Shown one piece after another: positions 39,411 to 50,379 of a DNA stretch of 64,000 bases (position 1 is the first letter of the stretch; every line of letters begins with the position of its first letter). This DNA is from Camelus dromedarius. Lineage: Eukaryota. The notes under the pieces were generated by a model. The model worked only from the letters and a program-made list of their open reading frames with translations, made no database searches and had not been told where the DNA came from. The stretch is taken from the NCBI RefSeq assembly GCF_036321535.1, contig NC_087438.1, positions 4,404,001 through 4,468,000 on the forward strand, written 5' to 3'. Both the position numbers and the translations under genes were made by a program.

Positions 39411-39543
39411 GGCCAGTTATTTCAAACGAATTAATTTTCTATCTCCCTTGATTGACATTCTCAAGTTACCCCAGCCAGCTCGGTAAGCAAGAGAGGAAGG
39501 AGCTCAAGAAGTGGTGAGGAGGCATTGTAACACATTATTAAGA

Positions 39544-40410
39544 TTTTTTGGTAGTGCCTGTCTGGTTTTGGTATCAGGGTGACGGTGGCTTTATAGAATG
39601 TGTTTGGGAATGAGGTATCACCTCACACCAGTCAGAATGGCCATCATTCAAAAGTCGGCAAATGATAAATGCTGGAGAGGCTGTGGAGAAAAGGGAACCC
39701 TTCTACACTGCTGGTGGGAATGCAGTTTGGTGCAGCCACTGTGGAAAACAGTATGGAGACTCATCAAAAAACTAAAAATAGACTTACCATATGATCCAGC
39801 AATCCCACTCCTGGGCATATATCCAGAGGGATCCTTAAATCAAAAAGACATCTGCACCCCAGTGTTCATAGCAGCACTATTTACAATAGGCAAGACATGG
39901 AAACAACCTAAATGTCCATCAACAGATGACTGGATAAAGAAGCTGCGGTGTATTTATACAATGAAATACTACTCAGCCATAAAAAAGAATAAAATAATGC
40001 CATTTGCAGCAACATGGATGGACCTAGAGAATGTCACTCTAAGTGAAGTAAGCCAGAAAGAGAAAGAAAAATACTATATAAAATCACTCATATGTGGAAT
40101 CTAAAAAAAAAAAAAAAAAGACAAATGAACTTATATATAAAACAGAAACAGACTCACAGACATAGGAAACAAACTTATGGTTACCGGGGGGGAAAGTGGT
40201 GGGAAGGGATAAATTGGGAGTTCAAGATTTGCAGATTTGCAAATTTATAGTGTAGAGCACAGGGAACTATATACGATATTTTATAGTAGCTCATGGTGAA
40301 AAAGAACATGAAAACAAATATATGCATATTTATGTATGAATGAAGCATTGTGCTGTACACCAGATATTGACACAACATTGTAAACTGGCTATACTTCAAT
40401 TAAAAATAAA
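39544..40410 (+). mobile_element. Relatively young L1 3' end (39610-40410, +) with a short inverted ORF2 segment at its 5' end (39544-39609, -)
   Basis: Uninterrupted [15 protein letters not shown]...[18 protein letters not shown]...SLICGI*, then 3'UTR and A-tail. The preceding ~65 nt read [16 protein letters not shown] on the - strand. Confidence 0.92.
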
Positions 40411-40459
40411 AAGACATGAACAAGCACCTGTTTTATAAAGACAGCCTTTTTTTGGTGTT

Positions 40460-40630
40460 TTGCAGCCTTGACTGCAAATTAGGATCACCTGGAGAGCTAT
40501 ACGAGCCATGCCTATGGCAGGCACACCCGGGCCAATTAGATTAGAAGCTCTGGAGTTGCGCCCAGCCATTGTACTTATTAAAAAGCCTTCTAGAGCGATT
40601 CTAACCTGTAGCCAGGATTAGAAGCACTAA
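40460..40630. mobile_element. MER5-like hAT DNA transposon fossil
   Basis: ttgactgcaaattaggatcacctggagagct...gattctaacctgtagccaggattagaagcact. Confidence 0.65.
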
Positions 40631-42189
40631 CATGTGAGAATCTGGATTTTCCTTTCCAGAAAACAGTCTCAACAATTATCAACCAGTGGGTGCCGACTGC
40701 TGGAGTATTTCTGAGTGGTACGGTGGTGCTGATCTCAGCACCAACAACACAGGCACGCGACGGTTCACGATTGAATAAATTATGGTTCATTTATTCAGTG
40801 AAACCTATGCAGCCACCAAGTTCTTCAAAGACATCAGTGATCTAGAGTTCATGCAGATAAAAACACAGGTACTGATCACGGCATCTCATAAAATACTTAG
40901 ATATAGAAAAAAGATGGATGGATTAGCAACAGATTGCCTCATTAATTGCTTTGTGTTGAGAGTAAGAATAGTTTTAGTTTGCTTTTATGGGCTTTCCCCC
41001 TAGCTGTTTGAAACGCAGGGGAAGCTCTTAGGCAAAAGGGAAAAAAAAATAAATGCAAAATATAATGAGACAGGTACATATTAGCTTATTTTATTTAAGA
41101 CACTTTTGTTACCAGGAAAATCTACTCATATTAGCGCTAGTTCCTGTATGTCCTGTACACACACCCAAGAACTGAACACAGTCAAGCTGGCGTAGAACTG
41201 GGACCCACAGCTTCCGGCGCAGCCCCTCATCCGGGCTCCTGTCTGTCTCCCTCTCTGAGAAACTGCTCCCACTTCAGTCTCCCCGGATGTCCCGTTTGCC
41301 CAAGTCCAAAGCTTGCCATGGAGGGTCTCGGATGTCAGTCGTGACCACACGATCTTTGGATTCAGGGCCATCCCTTTGGACAAGTTGCTCATCCTCCCCA
41401 AAGCTTAGTTTGTCATTTATAGACAGAGACATAACTGGACAACCTCAACCATTTCTAGCAAAGTGCCTGTTGTATCATAAACAGTCAACAGATATTTGCT
41501 CTAAGACGTCTATGGTCACTGCTTGTCGATGTGTGATTAAACCTCAGTGCTCCCCCGCGGACAGGGCAGTGAGGGCGCTCTGCGGGAGGGGGGGTACAAT
41601 ATCATGGACCCACCTTGGCACCCAGGGGAGCCAGGAGGACGGAGGCTGACGGGCGGAGGGGAGGTGGCAGCTGGAAGGATGGGCTCCCTGGTAGGTCAGC
41701 TGGATGGGTTAGGCTGGAAGGACCGGAACCCGGAGCCCTTCCCGATTCTGGAAACTGAGGCTGGAGGGACAGTGGCCACCCCTCACCTTTGCCATCACTG
41801 AGCTATTACCACGAATGAGCCTGCAGTTCCCAGCTCAGACTGAGCCCTGACGGACAGAGGATGGAGGGCAGACGCTGCGGCAGGCTGTCCCCAGCACAGG
41901 CCCCGGGTCTCAGGAACATTTCATGTCGGTCTGGAGGAAGGGGAGTCGGTGCCGGGGACCATTTGCTGTCTGGTGTGTTTCAGAACCCAACGTGGGTCGT
42001 TTCAGCTCAGTCTTCCTCGCCCTTGCCGATTGTGAAGATAATGAGAGCATTTCAGGGTTTATGATATACAAATGCAGCACATCAAATGAAGAGTTCCTTT
42101 TAGAATCTAGTTTCCCTTCTGTATTCTTTTTTTTTTTTTTTTTTGGCTGCATAACAAGTTACCAAAAACCTTAGCAACTTAGGGACTTA

Positions 42190-42795
42190 AATGGATTCTT
42201 GTATACTCATGCTCACAGCAACGTTATTCACAATAGTCCAAAGGTGGAAACAACCCAAATGCGCATCAGCAGGTAAATGGATAAACAAAATGTGGTCTAA
42301 CCGTACACTGGAATATTTTTCAGCCATAAAAATGAGTGAAATTCTGACACATGCCACAGCATGGATGAACCTGAGACATTATGCTAAATAAAATAAACCA
42401 GACACAAAGAAACAGGGAGGTGCGTATAGCCCAATGGTGGGGTGCATGCTTAGCGTGCACAAGGTCCTGGGTTCAGTCCCCAGTACCTCCATTAAAATAA
42501 ATAAATAAGTAAAATACAGCTTTTTTAAAAAGCCACATACTGTGGGTTTCCACTATGTGACACACTTAGAACAGACAAATTCCTAGAGACAGAAAGTAGA
42601 ACAGAGGTCACCGGGCTCAGGGAGGGAGGGTGGGGAGTCACGGTTTAATGGGGACAGCTTCAGTTTGAGATGGTGAAAAATGTCTGGAAATGTGGCGACA
42701 GTTGCACAGCAGCACTTAATGCCACTGAATTGTATATTTTAAAATGATTAAAATGGTCAATTTCATATGTGTATATTTTGTAATAAATAAACCTA
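42190..42795 (+). mobile_element. L1 3' end (L1MB-like), interrupted by a SINE
   Basis: ATLFTIVQRWKQPKCAS.GKWINKMW..LEYFSAIK, then a 3'UTR ending aatgccactgaattgtatattttaaaatgattaaaatggtcaatttcatatg. Confidence 0.85.
42415..42513 (+). mobile_element. Camelid-type tRNA-derived SINE (Vic-1-like)
   Basis: gtatagcccaatggtggggtgcatgcttagcgtgcacaaggtcctgggttcagtccccagtacctcc followed by a (TAAA)n tail. Confidence 0.8.
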
Positions 42796-44359
42796 AACAA
42801 ACCAACAAACAAAACCCCAACATTTCTGACCTCACAGTTTCCATCAAGCTCAACACATGTCAGCTTGATCCTGGATTTCCAAGTTGCCATCAAGCTGTCA
42901 GCCGACTGTGTCCTCACCTGGAGGCTTAGCTGAGAAAAGACCCACGTCCACACATCCCTCAGGTTGTTGACAGAATGTACTTCCTGGAGGTCACAGGAGA
43001 ACTATGTCCCCATTGTCCTTCTAGCTGTCAGTTGGGGATGACCCTCTGCTTCTGGAGGTTACCGTCATGCCCTTGCCACGTGGCCCCCTTTGCAGGCCCC
43101 TCAGAGTTCCAACCTCTCACTCCAGGAAGGTCTCAGTCCCTTGAAGGACTCAACTGATTAGGCCAGGCTCACCGGGATTCTCTGCCTGTTGATTAACTTC
43201 AGGTCAACTGATCAGTAACCTACTCACAGGCATGCTATCCCATCACAGTCACAGTTTCTGCTGGAAATCTGGGGTGGGGGTAGGGGGTATAAAGGGCATG
43301 CCCACCAGGGGATGGGAATCTTGGGGTCATTAGTGTTCTGCTACCAGCCCTGCCCGTGCATGTGAGAAGCCCCACTAAGTCGGATTTAAGCCACAATAAC
43401 CAGGTGCTCCTCCACTTGGCCTGTAGAGCCTCCTGGGAAAGCAGGTTTTATCGTGAGATGTAGAAGGCATGAAAAGATGGTCTTCACCCTTCCGCAGGGC
43501 CAGCCTGCCTTGAAGACCTCTGAAGCATCATTTGCAGGACACAGGCAGCTGGAAAGTCCAGTGTGAGCCACCCCATCTCTCTGGGAAAGGGAACCTCTCG
43601 TGGTTTTCAATGAGCTGTGCTTGCTGGCTTGATAGTCTGGCCCCAGCTGTTGCCTGAACTTAAAAGTGAAAAACTGGGTCACGCTAACACTTTTGGGCTT
43701 GTGAAATAGTTCTCTCTGCTGACCGTCCTGTCTGAGCTGTTGACACTGTCAGTGCTCGTCGGGTCGGCGGGACAGTGGTCTCTCCCAAAGGTGCCTGTGG
43801 GAACCATGGGGACCCTTAAGAAACCAGTGCCTGGGCCCTACCCACCCAGACCAGCTGTATCCCATCCTCCAGGGTGTTCGCAGCACTGCTCATGTGACCC
43901 TAATGGCCAGAACCGCTAGCTGGGATAATCATGTGGGGGACAAGTCCTAATAAGATAACAATTAGAATTCCAGCTGCTTTCATTGAAAGCGTGTTCGGCT
44001 TATTAGAGCAAGAAGAGAAGCCCGGCAGGGAGTGGGGATACAGCTTGGAAAGGACTTGGTTTCGGGTGATGGGGCAGAGGATGGCTTGTCCTCAGGACAT
44101 CCAGAGTCAGAGGGGGAGGACTCACAGGGCGTCCCTCAGTGTGGGCGCCAGAGACACCGCCGGTCGTACGCAAGGTCGGTGCAGCCCTCGTGGAGCTGGC
44201 GGTCTCCTGGGAACGCACAGCCGCCACATGACGGTCCCAAAGGCTGCTCAGATCCTGGCTAAGTTCTGTTTTTTTAACTGGAGCACAACAGGATTCAACC
44301 CTGCAACTTTGCACTTTCTAGGTGAGAAAGTTGTACCACAGTGTGATAAGAGAAAGCAT

Positions 44360-44620
44360 ATCTTTTTCTCCTAGAAATTTATGAATGAAATAATAGACTG
44401 TCTTGGGTTTGCTTTAAAATCATCTGGGGCAGGTGTGTGTGTGTGCATGTGTGTGTGTCAGGGGGAGGGGCCGGTAGGCACAACAAGATTAGCCCGAGTG
44501 TGACTGGTCCCAGGTGAGTGATGATTGCACAAGAAGGGTGGTTCATTGCACCGTTCTCCCCACTTCTGTCCGTTTGAAATTTTCAGTAATAAAATGTTAA
44601 CAAAATTAAATTAAATTGAT
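44360..44620 (+). mobile_element. Old L1 3' end (L1MC/ME-like)
   Basis: tgtcttgggtttgctttaaaat...ggttcattgcaccgttctccccacttctgtccgtttgaaattttcagtaataaaa. Confidence 0.65.
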
Positions 44621-44808
44621 GAATCAAGAGACAAAAGAATAACATATCAATTAAAAGTGTAAAGGTAAGTGAAGAAGAAACAGCTGAGACCCCAAAGTTA
44701 CACCATCTCTGCGTAGCCCAATTCTGCATCTTGTATCAAGCTTACCCCAGCACCTCCTTTCCAGCTGACTGTATCAGTCTCTGTTCGCAAATGCTCATTA
44801 AACCAGCT

Positions 44809-44950
44809 GGGGGAGGATGTATTACAAGTGGCAGAGCATGAGTTTAGCAAGCATGAGGTCCTGGGTTCAATCCCCAGTACCTCCTCCAAAAGTAAATGAA
44901 TAAACCTAATTACCTCCCTCCCCTAAAAAACAAATAAATAAAAATTAAAA
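44809..44950 (+). mobile_element. Camelid-type tRNA-derived SINE
   Basis: gggggagg...caagtggcagagcatg...gcatgaggtcctgggttcaatccccagtacctcc; Pol III B-box GGTTCAATCC at 44864-44873; aataaacctaattacctccc body and A-rich tail. Confidence 0.85.
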
Positions 44951-45804
44951 TCCTACTCCCCTGCTGCTGAGTTAAATAAGCCATCCATGAACTGGTGACC
45001 AGTGGTCGCTACATACTTATCTTAGAATCACAATTCGAAATTTTTGAAATTATGCCTGGACCCTATGATGGCATGCTTGTATTTACCAAGTTTCTTATAT
45101 GCAGAAAATTAAGCCATGTTTCAAAAAAAAAAAAAAAAACAGAGGTACCCTGAGCGGCAGTAACCATGAAAGGTGACCTCTGGTCTCAGGTGACCTCATT
45201 TGATGGGACCAGCATGCAGCCCACGGGTGTGTATCCGTGTATCCGGCGAGACCCCGTCAAGAGGGGAAAGTGAAGCACTTACCTAGAGCAACATGGACCA
45301 TGGAGACGGCGGGGGCCTGACTCAGGGCACCGGGCTCAGGCTGGACTCCGTGAGGTCTGCCCTCTCGCCGCACAGTGAGAGAGGTGGACCGGGAGCCCTC
45401 TGTCCCAGTGGTGGGGAGAGGCTCCTTCAAACTCCCTGGAAGCAAAGTTGTGCTGTCCCTCAAGACGATTGGTCAAAATCAAGAGCCCAGCAGTGTCCTC
45501 CCAGAGGCACTGGCCTTTCCTGTTTCTCCATCATCAGCCCTTAGAAAGAAGTGTCTTCTCAAAACATCGCCCAAGTCCCTTCATCTCGTTCGACTCCTTG
45601 GCAACTTCCAAGTTTCTAGATCTGTTTTTCTCTCTCCAATCACTTCCTCTTGCGAACAAATTGTTCATAACATGACAAGGAAAAAACACCTCTCTTCGCA
45701 CACCTCCCTCTTCCTAAGTGATTCCCAAGGCAATGGTGTGGGGCTACATCTAGGAAATAAACAGGATGTACCTTGAATTACAGGCGCTCCTAGTTTCGGA
45801 GGAT

Positions 45805-46150
45805 TCTGTCACCCGGGGCTCCAGCAGGAACACAGGGAAGAGAACCAGTAGAACATGGGCGGAGGGAGGAGGATAGGGACAGAAAGTCTAAGGAATGGCT
45901 TGGCCATCATGAGGCTGTCGGGTCTGAAGTCCAGCGGGCAGGCCAGCAGGAAGAGCAGGCTGGAAATGTGGGCAGGAGCTGAGGCTGTGGTCTTGAGGCC
46001 AGAACCTTTTCTTCCTCAAGGAAACCTCAGATTTGTTCTCAAGACCTTCAACTGATTGGACGATGCCCACCCACATGGTGGAGGGTAATCACCTTGACTT
46101 AACCGTGTCTTCAAAACACCTGCACAGCAAGACCTGGACCTGGCGACACA
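45805..46150 (-). mobile_element. ERVL LTR (MLT2-like)
   Basis: aagaccttcaactgattggacgatgcccacccacatggtggagggtaatc is the antisense of the MLT2 core. Confidence 0.8.
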
Positions 46151-46189
46151 AGGCATCCTCTTCCAATCCCTGTCCCTTCAGACACCCCA

Positions 46190-47010
46190 TCTCGTCTCTG
46201 GAGACAAGCACAGTGACAAGTTCCAAGGGCATCCTTCCAGAGACATCCACAAATATTGCACAAGGAATGCGGATGCTGGCAGGCTCTGCGGGCCATTCCG
46301 CATTTTGCTCTCCTTGCACTTACCAGTGTGTATTAGAGACACACAGCAGTAAGTAGAGAGCTGCCGTACCCCTGAGCAGCTGCATCGTCTTACTCTGTTG
46401 TGGACCCATGACGACCTAGTTCATTGTTTCTCCTGTCAGCAGCTGGTTTCCAGTCCTTTGCTCTGACCATACCCTGGTGATTAACCCGCACACATACCCA
46501 TTCACCAAGATGTTTGTTGGGTAAATTCCTGGGAGGGTAATTCCCAAGTCAAAGGGAATGGGAGTTTCAGACTTGACAGGGATTGTCCAACCGCCATGCA
46601 GAGAGGTTTAACCAACGTGCACGCCCATCAGAAGAGTGCCAGGTGCCTTGCCAGTAGTGTTACAGAGAAAGACAAGCTGTGTCTCGTTGCTTAAGTTTGC
46701 ACCCTCTTACAGGTTTGGGCACATTTTACATGTTTACTGGCCATTAGTATCTATAGGTCTTGCTTATTTCTCTGCTTATTGATCTTTTCCTTTTTGGTTG
46801 GAGGCACTCTTCTTTAGTAAAGAAATGAGCCCTTTGATGTGGCGTGCTTTTCAGTTCATCTTTTGTCTTGACTATTTTACAGGCTTTTTCCATCCAGGAG
46901 ATTTCGATGAAGCTGGATTTATGAATCTTCTCTTCCATGTTTCTGGGTTTGGGGTCATATTTTCAAAAACCTTCCACACCCCAAGATAGTAAAAATCAGT
47001 TTTGACTTTG
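46190..47010 (-). mobile_element. Old L1 (L1ME-like) fragments
   Basis: - strand LGVWKVFENMTPNPETWKRRF resembles L1 ORF2; gggtaaattcctgggagggtaattcccaagtcaaaggg motif. Confidence 0.6.
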
Positions 47011-47017
47011 AGTACCC

Positions 47018-47072
47018 TACACACACACACACACACACACACGCACGCGCATGCACACTCACGTGTGCACAC
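47018..47072. repeat. (CA)n microsatellite with a CG-containing tail
   Basis: acacacacacacacacacacacacacgcacgcgcatgcacac. Confidence 0.95.
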
Positions 47073-50000
47073 TCAGACTGTATTAAATGTAGGTCTAGCG
47101 CAGTCACATTGCTAATATCCACCCATCAAATCACTGATCTAAGCTGGACAGAGAGCAAAGGTCAACAGGTCTGGTCCCCTTGTTTTAGCAGTGAGGGGAC
47201 TGAGACCCTTGGGGTGACTGTCACCACCTGCAGTCCCACTGGCAGCTGGCCACGTGGCTATGTGAGCACAGGCCCGAGGGAGCCCACCCTAGTGCCCCTG
47301 GGACTCTGCCCAGCACTCCTCCCACCGGACCTCCAGGCCGGGTCTCCTGGGAACCACGGGAAGAGCTGAGGACTGGCCTCCGCTTATAACGTGCACATTC
47401 AGGTTCTGGTTGAAATTCATTTGAGTTTTAAATAATGCAATGCCTTAGACTGTGGGCTTCGGCAGGAATTTTGAGATACAGATAGAATTCCAGGGAGCAG
47501 AGAGGTGGAGCACTTTTCCTGCCAGTTCTTTCTCTGGGGACCACGAAGACGTGTTCTTGACTGTGCTCATCCTGGTGGTGGCTTTCCCCAGGAGGATGAC
47601 AGGCAGCGCGGCTGCAGGGCCCGGGGGGGGGGGGGGGCGGGGGCTGTGCTGTGCCCGCCCGCCCACAAGTGGCCCATGGGGAGAGCCTGGGGAAGATGCC
47701 TGGGCGCCTGACCAGAGGGCGGGGATGCAGCGGGGGCGGCCGCTAAAGGGTTGACTCAGGACCTGGGACGCTGAGGATTGACCGCTGCTGCTCAGAGGAG
47801 CCCACCCAGCGGTCACCTGGGGGCTGGGAGGGGCTGGTTTGCTGGGCTGCTTCTCCTCCTCAGCCGGAAAGTAGAGTCGTTCATTATTGCCCATCCCCCG
47901 GGGACAATTCACTCCTTAATGCCTCTCAGTCAAAGAGCAGAGTGATGCTCTCTGTCTAGTACACAACTGCAAATAGATCTGGTGGCCTTCTGTTCCACTG
48001 TAACTCCTGGGGGCCCAGAGTGGACACAGCACCCCCAACTCCAGTGAAGGGAGGGAGGGCAGAGCCACCCCTCCAGAGAGCTGGGCTCTGTGAGCAGCTC
48101 AGGGAGGCTCAGACTTCAGTGACTCTCCCTGGCTCTGCTCCCACAGGCACAGTTGAAATAGGATGGGAGGCTGGAAGGCGGGGTTTGTTCAGAGGCCATC
48201 ATTAATCTCCTGTTGGTCTGACCTTTAGCACTCAAGGATACCAGGATGCCATGTAGCCTGTGGCTGGTCCCTACTCTGCAGGAGTTGGCCCCGTACAAGA
48301 ACCTGTGGGAAGCCCGCAGAACTGTGTGCCCTAGAGCAGCGCTGGGCTGGTCCCCACCGGCCCTGCGGACCCGCCTTCTCCGGCACTGGAGGCTCACGCT
48401 GGAAATCACTGAAGAAGCCACGAAACGCACCCACCCGCCCCTCTCCATGTAGTCAGAACTAACCCGCTCCTAGCACACCCCTCTCTCCCCAGGGGCAGCC
48501 CCAGGCAGCCGGGCGCCCGGGTCCCTCCTCCGATCCTGCCCATCCAGCCTCGACTCAGAGCTGCCCTCTGCTGTCCCCTCGGCTAAGAGCCTGGTTCTGT
48601 GCGAGCCTGGGGAAGCCAAGCCACGCGGTACAGCGTCGGGCACGTCACAGCCCGCTCGCCGTGCGGTGTGGGCAGCCCTCTGCTGTCCTTGGGGGGGGGG
48701 GGGACGGTGCACTGTTTTTGCCCAGGGATCCGGGGTTCTGCCGATGCACCAGTTACAACTGCACATGTGTGCTACCCAGGGGGCAAGGCAGCGGGCCTTT
48801 GCATGCCAGTCAAGGGTGGGAAGGGAAGCCCCAGGCAGTACGCCGAAACCCCCTTTGCCCTCCCTGAATGCGCCCCATCCTGTCCCTTCATGACGGCAAA
48901 GAGGGAGAAGTGGCCAAGGGCTCAAGGACATCTGAGGCCTACCTGGCCAGTGTGCTCGCAAAACCAGCCCAAGTTTCTGGTCCTGTAGCTCCAGGGGGGC
49001 TTTTAAAACACTTCGGACGGAATGTGGCACCTCTGCCCTCACCACCTCCTGGGGATTGTGGCACTCTGCCTGTGACGGTGCGGTTGGCGGTCTTCTGCCG
49101 TAGTGCCACCGGCCAAGATTCAGATAAGCTTAATTTTCTGCAATTAATGACTTTTTAATGATCTTAGTGTCGTGTTCCAAATGTAAAATTCATATTTATA
49201 ATGCTGAATAGATACACTGTTTAAACTAAATCCCCACAAGACACCGCCGCCTTGTGAGGCAGGAGAGAAACCCCAGCTCTGTTCCCGAGCAAAGCCCTCT
49301 GAGAACTTCCTCCCGTTTCCTCGTCCTGAAACGTGCCAGGCAGTGATGCCCACCGGGTGGCGCGTTTCCATGCTGGAACGAGGTCGCGAGCGCTCAGCAG
49401 ATGTTGGCTTAGCTGACGAACGGGGAACCCGGTGGGAGTGGCCCGCCTGGGTCAGGTCCGACTCCTTGAGTTTAACAATAGGCTGGTGTCCCAGGGGCAG
49501 GGGAGGTGGGGGCTGTCTAGCCCCTTCCCTAAGTCCTGTGACTAGCTGGGCAGAGACCCCACCACCACCACCACCAGATGACCAGAGCGCCAGTCCCACT
49601 TCCTTCCAAACGGCACCCTGAGGCAGGGACAGAGAAGTCAGTGTCCCCTCGAGAGGCAGGCATCACGTCACTCAGGAAGCCCGCTGCTGAGATCTGCTCA
49701 CCAGCGGTCCTTCAACAACGCCCTCTGAGCACCAGGCCCGGGGGAGAGGCAAGCTTCCCTGTGCTCCTAGAGTCTGCCGTCTGGGGTGGGCGGAGGCCAA
49801 CGGAAAGCAAAGCCAACTAACTGATAAGGAGCATGTGGAAGAAAAGGCACAAATGCCACCTCGAGGGTTTGTAACAGCACGTGCGCACCTCCGAGGAGCC
49901 CCAGGGCTCCCGCTGGTGAGAGCGCTGGGAGGTCTCAGCCCGAGACTCTGGGCGTCGCGGGACAACATCGTTGAGGCTTTTGTTTTGACTCCTTGTGCAT

Positions 50001-50379
50001 CTCATGCTAGTGAAGACCCCGACCGACCGTCACTCTGGAGGGTCACAGCCAGGTAGGCAGAGGCTAACCGCCCTCCACAAACACACCTGGCCACCGTTCA
50101 GCGCCCAGAGGACGGGGAGGGCTCTCTCCACCCAACTCCTGGCTTTCTGCAGCTCCTGGGGCCCAAGTCCCAGAGCACCGGGGACCCCTGAAGTAACTCT
50201 GGCCTCACTTGACCCAGGATCACGCCAGCAACACGATCTCTCCCCGGAGCCAAACCAGAAGCACAGGGGAAGTCCCCCTCCCGGCGGCAGCGCCAACCTG
50301 AACGCCCGTGTTTCCCCACCATCGCCTTCCCTGGACATTAGCACTCCTTCAGCCCTGGCCCTTCGATGAGTGAGTAACT

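Larger units (their letters stand above)
42140..43348 (-). mobile_element. MaLR LTR (MLT1E/F-like), interrupted by L1 and SINE (pieces ~42140-42185 and ~42810-43348)
   Basis: gctgcataacaagttaccaaaaaccttagcaactta ... atttctgacctcacagtttc...gttgttgacagaatgtacttcctggagg...ggaatcttggggtca. Confidence 0.7.

Noticed and set aside
42415..44950. tRNA-like sequences at 42415 and 44809
   Set aside because: They have SINE bodies and A-rich tails and degraded stems, so they are SINEs, not tRNA genes.
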